64,000 nucleotides of DNA from Phoronis australis (Eukaryota > Animalia > Phoronida): positions 767,820 through 831,819 of the forward strand of contig NMRA01000091.1 in assembly GCA_002633005.1 (NCBI GenBank). Reading direction: 5' to 3'. Each line of letters opens with the position of its first letter. The first letter of the stretch is position 1. The position numbers were made by a program, and so were the translations under genes. This document shows positions 54,340 to 64,000 of this stretch, in pieces. The notes under the pieces were generated by a model. It ran no database searches. It was not told where the DNA came from and saw only the letters and a program-made list of their open reading frames with translations.

Positions 54340-55432
54340 CGTATGGTCATATGGATGGACCATGCAATTGAATGTGGTTGTCGTGTGAAATGTATCCGCC
54401 GACCACGCTGCTGATAGAAGGGGTGGTCATAGGAACGAAAATTGTCTCAAGCACTCTCTAAGTCATTTAAAGCATGTGGTCGTATGGTCAAATCTGTCGG
54501 GACCTTGCCTTCTCTAAGGTACTCATAGCGTGTGGTCATATCATTGGATGAAAAATGACAGCCCGGCCAAAAGCTTTCTGAGACTGGAGCAAAATCGCAC
54601 GTCGAATCGGTATGTACAAAAATTAAAAGCCCGACCATGCTCTCTCGAGTTGTTTAAAGCGCGCGGTCGTATGGTTAAAAAATTATCAGTCGAGACCACG
54701 CCTTCTCTAAGACACTTAAGTGCGTGGTTGTATGGACGAAAAAATAACAGCCCGACCACCCTCTCTCAAGTCATTTAAAGCGCGTGGTTGTATGGTAGAA
54801 AATTATCCGTTGGGACCACGTCTTCTCTAAGATACTTATAGCACGTGGTCGTTTGTGGATGAAAAATGTCTGCCCGACCACAAGCTTTCTGAGAAACAAG
54901 CAAAATTGCATCGCAAAATTAACAGCCCTGACCACGCTCTCTGAGTCGTTAAAGCATCTGGTCATATGGTCAAAAATTATCTGTTGGCACCATGCCTTTT
55001 CTAAAATGCGTGTGGTCGCGCGTCGGGTCGGTATGGACGAAAATTAACAGCCCCGACCACGCTCTCCGAGTCATTTAAAGAACGTGGTAGTATCATGGTA
55101 AAAAATTGTCCGTCAGGACCACGCCTTCTCTAAGACGCTTAAAGTGCGTGGTCGTATTTATAAACTGTCCGCATTACCACAAGCATTTTGAGACTCGAGC
55201 AAAATCGCGTCGGGTCAGTACGGACGACAATTAACAGCCCTGACCACGCCGAGTTATTTAAAGTTGCGTGGTCGCATGGGTAAAAATTATCTGTCCGCAA
55301 CACGCCTTCTCTGAGACCCAAAGGTGTGTGGTCATGTGGACAGAAAACTCCACAAGACGTGTTTTGAGACTCGAGCAAAATTGCTTCGGGCTGGCACGGA
55401 TGAAAATTACTGCCCCGACCAAGTAACAAGAC
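54340..55432. repeat. Degenerate array of ~60-bp monomers, most with inverted GACCACGC/GCGTGGTC; ~180-bp higher-order period
   Basis: Three recurring monomer types, read directly (see finding). Confidence 0.85.
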
Positions 55433-55726
55433 TGGACCAAGAGCGCACTGGTTTAACGTCGCTCTAGGGATCACAGTGTGTTGAAGAGTTTCTTTGTAGA
55501 AATAGTTGCATTTCCATGAACAGATTATTATAACAAGAAATCCAAACTAAGTGTAATTGATTTTATTTACAAAACTCACTATTTGTCATTACCTCAGAGC
55601 CTTTAAAAATATAGAAACAGAATAAAAAACAAACTTAAGGTAAGGGATTTACAACCAAACACATTACATTTCAAATACGACACATGCATTGGATGTACAC
55701 ACTGCCAGTTGTAGGTTGTGGGTAAT

Positions 55727-55869
55727 CCAGAGTAGAGTTCAGTAACGCTATGGCCTCGTTTAAATCTTGCCAAAATCATGTGTTTTATATTAAAATACAT
55801 GTCAATATCTCTGCGTAATCTCACAGTTTGCTTTTTATCGAGATCCTAGTGTTACTGAACTCTACCAGG
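55727..55869 (+). mobile_element. Third copy of the same MITE family
   Basis: Inverted ends GTAGAGTTCAGTAAC / GTTACTGAACTCTAC and a shared core with 8166-8321. Confidence 0.7.
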
Positions 55870-56139
55870 TTTTTCCCACAGGCTCATGATTAAAAGGGTG
55901 TGGCTGTCCAAGTTGGTAGAGATCCATGGCCATCCAACACAATTTCCCCGACACGTCTGCTAACACCTTGATCTTCATGGATTAACCATATGATGACCTG
56001 CAATTTACGAAGCAATGTGTGTACTTCAAGTCACTTTTTCAACTACTTCAGTAATAGCATTGACTTGACGCAATGCGACTATCATTGTATTTGAAGGCAC
56101 ATTATCGTTTTTGCTGCAGAAAAAAGCATTTTGATGTTA

Positions 56140-56174
56140 TATATATACGTGTGTGCGTGTGTGTGTGTGTGTGT
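56140..56174. repeat. (AT)n(GT)n microsatellite
   Basis: Read directly. Confidence 0.85.
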
Positions 56175-57419
56175 CAATGATAAGTACTTTTGAATGTTAT
56201 CAGTTTGAACGACAGGTATCAAATTACGAAATCCGTGGCGTTTTTGGTGATTTTATTTCAAATCCCCAACTCTCGTCGTTGTCAGTGCTACACGTTCCCA
56301 AAATCAAGGCTAGTGACTTAACCAGTTAAATACAGTAAGCAAAAGTATAACTTTGTATAGTCATCAGATATTACGTACAATTTTACTGTTATGTTATCCC
56401 TAATCGTGGACATTATTTAAATATACATTACCTCTGGAACCAAAACGTCAAAGATGTGGTTCCTGTCTACATTAGATGGAAGCATCTCCTTGTGTGCTTG
56501 CACAGGCGCATGAACTGAAATGAGAACGATGCGAGCAATCATCATACAGTAGCATCAAACGATTGAAACGAACAACTTGCCGTGAATTGCATATAATTTG
56601 TTAGTTAATACTGTGTATATGAGTTATGAGGCTGAGATTAAGCATGGCACTGCATAAAAATAAATGTACAGGAAGACATAGCCAGCTCGCCCAAACCTCT
56701 ACTGACATACTCAATCCTTGGCAGATTCCCTCAATCTGACGGGTAACATTTCTACATCCTACAAATTACCACCATAAGTGTAACATGGAGGTTCCCCTTA
56801 CCAAATCGTCGTTAAGAAGTCCCCTCCATTGGTAAGGATTAGGCTTTGCCTTGGTACTATCCCTCTGGCACTGGTGTCCCGGCACCACGACTCAACGTCA
56901 CCCCTCATTACTGACTTTATGAATCCCCTCAGTCTGGTCTTGTGCCTTGTTATCAAGTTTGTAACCTGGCGCTTGGTCATGGGTTTTCTGAAAGAACGCC
57001 ATACATAAATGCAGGCATGAAAAGCTCTCTTTATGAAGTATCAGTAGTCTTTGCTAATCTTACTTTAAATGCACATACCTGAAGACATGCACCAGTATGT
57101 GAAATAATTGGGTAAAACTTAGTGTTGCTTAAATGCCTTCCCTTTAATTATGAACTAGGCATCCTTATCCTTGCCAGACGAATGGCCGCGTTTTGAGGCA
57201 GCCGCGATGCACGAGCACGGTGCATGGAATGGTTCAGCAACTGTCACTTTCATTAATTAATTATTGTTAGGGTAGAAATTCTGATACTTTTATGTTTAAT
57301 GCTTGTTGCATGTTAAGATTCGAATATTTCATGGCGTGTGTTAACTTAGGTTCTACCAAAAGTGGTAAAATGGCATAGACAAGATGTCAATTTTTCCCGA
57401 GTCTGCTTGGGGTAGGTTT

Positions 57420-58470
57420 CTGCATCACAAACCATTCATCAAATTCCCCACTGATTAATTATTGTTCATATTGACACATTGATATTTTCATATGCTATTG
57501 AGAATAGAATATATTTCAACTGAAATGTGCAAGAAAATTTTTTTAAAAAAATGTGAGGTCCACAAAACTTGTTTGCGGACTGGTTCCGCATGCGGAACAG
57601 TTAGGGTTGTCACACGATACTTTCAAGTGGCATTGATAATGGAATGCATTTTAAGTTGATTGGTGAAATCAAATACCCAGCAAAACCATTCTGTTTGGAA
57701 ATCGCTCCCCATGCGGAACGGTTCCGCTACTGTCACATTGATCAAGTAATTATTAGGATTGTCACATCGATACTTTGAAGTGGTATTGATTATGGAATGC
57801 ATTTGACCTTTATTGGTCATGAGAATTAAAAAAATTGAGTTCTCCAAAAAACTATTCTGTTGGCGGAACCGTTCCGCATGTGGAACCATTCTGCAACCGT
57901 CACATTGATTAATTATTGAGAGTGGGCACATTATACTCTCAAGTGCTATTGAAAATGGAATGTAATTCAAGTTTATTGGGCTGGGAGAAAATTAAAAATT
58001 TTAGTCCTGTGCTAAACTTTTCTGTTTGTGGAACCCTTCTGGAACTGTCACATTGATTTTTAAAAATAAATTATTATTTTGATTATTATTCCACAAAATA
58101 TACATAATATTTCGCAAGTCACAGTATTCCACAAAACTTGCGCAGTATTCTGCAATGTGCGTAATATTCCGCAAAATCTGCGTAATATTCCAAAAAATCT
58201 GAGTAATATTCCGCGAATCTGCGCAATACTTAGTGCGGAATATTCCGCATGTCAAAAATTGAACTTCTAATTAAGAAAATGCTAATTGAGGAAACAAAAA
58301 CGTAACATTATAAACATGCTTAGGGTAAGGTATAGATTTGTTTCATAACATTTTTTATGGCCCTAGGTGGATATGTAAAAAGTGCAGAACCGTTCCGCAC
58401 ACTTTGAGACTATATAAGATAGTCTCATTTGAGAAAAAATCGCCTTATACGTACTTGTTCAAGAGTAGGC
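57420..58470. repeat. Composite repeat: ~130-165-bp degenerate units with GCGGAAC/GTTCCGC palindromes, then short ATTCCGCAAAAT-like repeats
   Basis: Recurring TGTCACATTGATT..TGTCACA.GATACTTT.AAGTGG.ATTGA..ATGGAATG blocks at ~57600, 57730, 57900 and 58045. Confidence 0.65.
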
Positions 58471-58763
58471 AAGTTTATTAGCACATTTAAACAAGTGTGG
58501 CGGCAGCCCTGATTAAGCATGAGTAATTCTTTTGGGTCCAAAGGGTGTCACTACATGTTACACGTCTGCAAAACTGGATCCATTAATTTTAACTGACCAC
58601 AAATTTATAAAACAACAGACCACAGTTTTCAAAATGTCCAAAGGGCTAGTGTGCCAAGGTTCGTGTTTTTTTGTTCGTTTTCTATAAGATTTGTTTTATT
58701 GAATGCAAATGTCATATGATGAGCTCCGCACTGTAATTCTTAATTTTTGTAGGCACGGCAACA

Positions 58764-61700
58764 ATGATAGAGTTGCTAGAAGCATGCGCTGTAGTGGCGG
58801 CAATGGTTATCTTATACTATTTCTGTGATTGGACGATTCGAAGAATGCGAATAAATGGTCTGCTCCACAGATATGTTCTCATTACAGGTTGTGATACAGG
58901 TGAGTGTACAAAACTTACTGTTCAAAGTAAAACAAACATGTTGGACAGGAAGATATCTGGTGGCAAAGTTATCATAACAAAATTCATAAGGTTCTCTTCA
59001 ATGCGTGGCATAGGACTCTTTACTGGCTGTTTCTGTGGTATACAGTACTTTAAAGTTAGTGTAAAGTTATGCGCTCCTCTTTTTTCATCGAGGGAACTAA
59101 TTATAGCTCTAAATAAATATTAATTTATAAAAGTTGTTTTAAAAGAATCTGCATAACTTTATTATGTACGACCGTATACTACGTTTATTGAATCAAGTCT
59201 GCATAAAATACGGACATTCCGTATAGATCGACATGAATGATGCTCAGTTTAACACCATCCTCCAGTTCAAGGTCAACACTTCATGGAGCTTGTATAAAAT
59301 TGTGAAACTCATCTCGTGAAAATATTGGCACCTAAAGTGTATAAAACTGGCTTACCTTTGAGTAACAAACAGTCTGAGTTTGAAGTGGCACCTTGCTGCA
59401 AGTCTATACTTTCAGGATTGTTGCATGCGAGTCTTACTTGTTAACCTACATCGACTGTTCGGATAAATGCTCATTCCTGACGCCGTTCATTTTAACCATT
59501 CGTGTTGTACTTAATGCCTAAGTATACTCCCTGATTTTTGAGTTCCTAGTTAGTAGTAAGTTGTCTTTCGAGTTTTCAAACAAGAAAAGTGGAACAAAGT
59601 CTCGATCTTTGTTGCACAATTTTGCATCAAGTCTATAACCTTGCATGTGGAAAACTAGAGGTCTTCTGGTTTGAAACAATGGACCTTCTTGCCTGAACAT
59701 GCTTTAATCATTGTATTTATTCAACCTTTGGTGTAACTTAAATAAGGCTAGACAGTGGACCGAGTTCATTAAGTTGATCTGATGGGCTCGTCGTTTTATG
59801 CCCCCAAAAGCAATATGACTGGAAATTGGTTTGTTCCGTGACCACTTGCTTTAATTTTCACTTGTACGTTAAAGGTGCCAGTAAATCAGGACTTTAAAGC
59901 AGCAACAAACCAGCGTTCCATCCTGTTGATGTAGACAATTTATCACTATCAAATTGGTCTCAACTTGTTCCTCACTCAGATTTTTGGTCTTGGAAAAACA
60001 GTTTGTTTTTTGACAATACCATGCTTGCCAAATAATTTAAAAATGACACGCCGTGACACTAGTCAACTTCTACAGCCCTGTCTCAACGCTCTGACAAGTC
60101 TAATTTACATCTGTCTCAAGCAGTAACAAACTGACAGAGCTCTTTTCAAGCCCAGAAATCACTTCCGTTTTGACAAAGGAGCAATTTGAGACCAATTCCA
60201 TTTCGGTAAGAGGTCCAAAAATTGATTTTCGTGACAGAAGCCGTGTTTCCATCAGCTTGCAGTGTTTCTGTTATGTCCCGTGCTTTGTCAATACAAATGT
60301 CTTTCTTGTAGGTTTTGGCAATATGTTGACTAAGAAACTAGACAAAATGGGCTGCAGAGTATTTGCCTGTTGTTATACAAGAAAAGGTCAAGCTGAATTG
60401 AAGAAGATTACCTCTGAGCGGGTCACGACCTTGATTATGGACGTGGCAGACCCAGAAAGTGTGAGGCAGGCCTACAGAACAGTGTCGGACAAACTACCAG
60501 ACTCCCTCGGTATGTTAAGTAAATGTAAGCAAAATGAAGATTAGGTTACCACATTTTGTCTTTGTAACTATACGCCAAATGTTTGTTACAACATCAATTT
60601 TGATGACTGAGCATATTTTTTAAATTAGATTTGTGCTTGCTAGTTTAAGAGCAATTTTAAAATAATTTCTTAAATCGTTAGCTAGCTGAATACGAACATA
60701 AACCGCAGGCCAAGATTGACTGGACAAAATTCTGTTTTTCCATCCCGCGCAGCAAGCCTTCATGACTTATCAAAAGGTGAATTTCGCCTGATGCTCAGAC
60801 ATCAGGATGGCAAATGACCATCTCAATATTCACCAGGTGGTGCTAATGACCCTTTAAATATCAGAATAGATTGAGAGCACAAAGCACTTGGTCAGCATGG
60901 GGGTATTCCTGAGATAAGGTATTCGCATAATTTACCTGAATGCAGGCGTTACTATGGGGGAAGTCCCTTGCTTCATTTGCAACTCCAATTGTTGGTCACT
61001 TGTTTTTACTTCTTATGTTTACTATAAATTATTGAATTCAGTCAACAGCAGTTGTGCCTCCAATTGATTTTTCTCTTTAAATAACACATTCTTATGCTGA
61101 GATGGGACACACGTATTCAGAGCCTTACCATTTGGATCTATTGGACACTTGGATCGTTACATTGGTGACATAGAGCAAAAACATTTTGACCCTACTCTTT
61201 CTAGGACTCTGGGGTCTGGTCAACAATGCTGGTGTGTCTGGTCAAATGGGTCCAGTGGAGTGGCTTACCAAAGATGATTATCAGAAGGCGCTAGACATAA
61301 ACTTACTGGGACTAATAGATGTCACCACTGTCTTCCTTCCACTCATAAAAAAGGTGAGTAAAACTTACATGACACAAAGCTCTGTGACGTTTTATTGAAA
61401 TTAAATTTTTTGATGTTTGGATTTATTGATTGTTAAGAGATAATTATGTAGTGCTTATTTTCATGTGTGTAGTCCATGAAAAAAATTCACTGGAATATTG
61501 CAATTCAATATTGTTCACCAAACAGGATATCCACCAAATTTGAAATTTCAAAATGTGACTGGCATACATCGCATTTTGTAAAGAAATAAGCACCTAAGCG
61601 TGTTTCGCAGTGTTTTCTACAGTGGCATATACCCCATTTGGCTGTAAATGGCTTTAATACCAAGAGGTCCTGCTGATCCTTGATGTTGTGGCGCAAAGTG

Positions 61701-63452
61701 GCACTAATTTTTTTAACTAAGTTGGCAGAGTCTCGTTTCACCATGAAACTTTTTACACTTAGAAACAAAAACAAATTAGTTATTACTATTGAACCATTTC
61801 AAAACTGTGTGGAAGATTCGATATCTTTTGCATGAGCTAATTGCACATTGCAGGCCAGAGGTAGAGTTGTAATGGCTGGGAGTGTCCTAGGTCGATACAC
61901 AGTTATTCACGGCGCCCCCTATTGTGTGTCAAAGTATGGTGTGGAAGCATTTTCAAATGCACTCAGGTTAGTGTCCAAATCTGACCTTTAAAATGTGATC
62001 CAATGACTATCAAGTATGGTGTGGAAGCATTTTCAAATGCACTCAGGTTAGTGTCCAAATCTGACCTTTGAAATGTGATCCAATGACTATTAAGTATGGT
62101 GTGGAAGCATTTTCAAATGCACTCAGGTTAGTGTCCAAATCTGACCTTTGAAATGTGATCCAATGACTATTAAGTATGGTGTGAAAGCATTTTCAAATGC
62201 ACTCAGGTTAGTGTCCAAATCTGACCTTTGAAATGTGATCCAATGACTATTAAATATGGTGTGGAAGCATTTTCAAATGCACTCAGGTTAGTGTCCAAAT
62301 CTGACCTTTGAAATGTGATCCAGTGACTATTAAGTTCATTGTTACCGAAACACTACCGATGATTGTCCAGTTTTTAACTTCCATTCTTTTGCTCAGATGC
62401 AGTTCAAAAAACAACAAATCTGTACTACAATCAATATATCTTCAAAGAATTCAAGAAGAGTCACTGGCCTAACGCCATCTGTGGTATGTTAGCATACACT
62501 CACTGCCACGATGGGCTTGCTGCACAAAGCATCCAAGATGACCAGAAACGTTCCCTAAACAAGTGAAACTGTACACCCAACATTTGGCACGCAGTTTTCC
62601 CTCAAGTAAAAGGATTTCAGGATTGAGTTCCTTAGATGCAAGAATCTATTGAGCAAAGCTAGTGTGATCGTGTGCTTCGCTTGTAGTATCTCATAAAGCC
62701 TTACGTGACCTTGCATTTCCACAAGGTTCTCGTATCTTGTGGTTGAGTCTATACATCGCAGATATGCAGGTTACATTTTTGGTAATGTTGTGTCAGGTGA
62801 CATTATGTCAGGTAATGTTGTGTCAGGTGACATTAAGTCTGGTAATGTTGTGTCAGGTGACGTTATATCTGGTATGTTGTGTCAGGTGACATTATGTCTG
62901 GTAATGTGGTGTCAGGTGACATTATGTCAGTCTGGTAATGTTGTGTCTGGTGACGTTGTCTGGTAATGTTGTGTCAGGTGACATTATGTCTGGTAATGTT
63001 GTGTCTGGTGACATTATGTCTGGTAATGTTGTGTCTGGTGACATTATGTCTGGTTATGTTGTGTCTGGTGACGTTAGTATTGAGTTACCAGTTGTGCATC
63101 ATTCCGCTCATTAACAGTAAATGTCACTTCAGTATTTGCAAAGCATTGTGGGTGCAGAGTAAATGATTTCATTTTTGTTTTACGAGCAGTAGCCATAACT
63201 GCACCTTGTATGTGTTTCTCTCTGCAAACAGTCCCTGAATGTGTCAAAGTCGTATCACATTCTCCCAGCCCCAGTTCTCTCTACCTAGGCAACAGATGAA
63301 GCATTTCGGTGTGAAAGTCTCGATCCTGGAACCTGGATTCTTCCGTACCAACATTAGCAATTCAGAGAAAGCCATGGACTCCATCCAGCAGTCTTGGTTA
63401 CAGGCATCGGAGAGCTCAAAGGCAGAATATGGTGAACAGTACTTGGAAGAAA
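58764..63452 (+). CDS. Retinol/sterol dehydrogenase-like SDR (SDR9C: RDH7/RDH16/HSD17B6/DHRS9-like); continues beyond window
   Basis: Exons 58764-58899, 60312-60509, 61205-61353, 61854-61966, 63289-63452 join in phase. N-terminal TM, ITGCDTGFG (TGxxxGxG), [10 protein letters not shown], catalytic YCVSK, and [15 protein letters not shown]. Confidence 0.93.
61932..62335 (+). repeat. 80-bp minisatellite x5 that includes the last 35 nt of SDR exon 4 and its splice donor
   Basis: Units start at 61932, 62012, 62092, 62172 and 62252. Confidence 0.95.
62781..63075. repeat. 30-bp (2x15) minisatellite GGTAATGTTGTGTCAGGTGACATTATGTCT, about 10 copies; repeated at 63494-63620
   Basis: Read directly. Confidence 0.92.
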
Positions 63453-63835
63453 GTAAGTTCAACTTCAGGCTACCCGAACAACAGGCTGCCGCNGGTGACA
63501 TTATGTCTGGTAATGTTGTGTCAGGAGACATTATGTCTGGTAATGTTGTGTCTGGTGACATTATGTCTGGTAATGTTGTGTCTGGTGACATCATGTCTGG
63601 TTATGTTGTGTCTGGTGACGTTAATATTGAGTTACCAGTTGTGCATCATTCCGCTCATTAACAGTAAATGTCACTTCAGTATTTGCAAAGCATTGTGGGT
63701 GCAGAGTAAATGATTTCATTTTTGTTTTACGAGCAGTAGCCACAACTGCACCTTGTATGTGTTTCTCTCTGCAAACAGTCCCTGAATGTGTCAAAGTCGT
63801 ATCACATTCTCCCAGCCCAAGTTCTCTCTACCTAG

Positions 63836-63999
63836 ACAACAGATGAAGCATTTCGGTGTGAAAGTCTCGATCCTGGAACCTGGATTCTTCCGTACCAACA
63901 TTAGCAATTCAGAGAAAGCCATGGACTCCATCCAGCAGTCTTGGTTACAGGCATCGGAGAGCTCAAAGGCAGAATATGGTGAACAGTACTTGGAAGAAA
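63836..63999 (+). CDS. Duplicate copy of SDR exon 5
   Basis: Near-identical to 63289-63452, inside a duplicated block that follows the single N at 63493. Confidence 0.65.
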
Positions 64000-64000
64000 G

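Noticed and set aside
54340-55432. CRISPR-like array
   Set aside because: Eukaryotic context, no cas genes, and the spacers are related to each other.
61932-62335. CRISPR-like repeat-spacer array
   Set aside because: Whole 80-bp units are near-identical; there are no unique spacers.
62739-63166. Repetitive ORFs ([10 protein letters not shown] / VTLCLVMLC)
   Set aside because: Translations of the 30-bp intronic minisatellite.

Overview
Eukaryotic (metazoan, probably marine invertebrate; inference) genomic DNA with three spliced genes. (1) A complete 7-exon C6orf89/BRAP-like gene on + (4217-13200, 347 aa) whose first intron needs a GC donor. (2) A complete RIF1 orthologue on - (51021-25609, about 29 coding exons) with a 2.8-kb IDR exon, SILK/RVSF PP1 motifs and the conserved C-terminal domain. 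(3) A 3'-truncated retinol-dehydrogenase-like SDR gene on + (58764 to window end). Introns and intergenic DNA are rich in transposon relics. The most notable are a 2.56-kb element with CAC...GTG 50-bp TIRs, a perfect 5-bp TSD and inward-facing spliced ORF starts at both ends (Transib/RAG-like signature), a Kolobok-type foldback element, three hAT-like elements with 6-bp TSDs in RIF1 introns, a tRNA-Ala-derived SINE and a LINE 3' fragment. There is also a ~1.1-kb higher-order array of palindromic ~60-bp monomers. Tandem duplications of splice signals occur in all three genes. Two duplications joined by a single N (52102, 63493) are probably uncollapsed haplotypes. All calls are by eye; no database searches were run.
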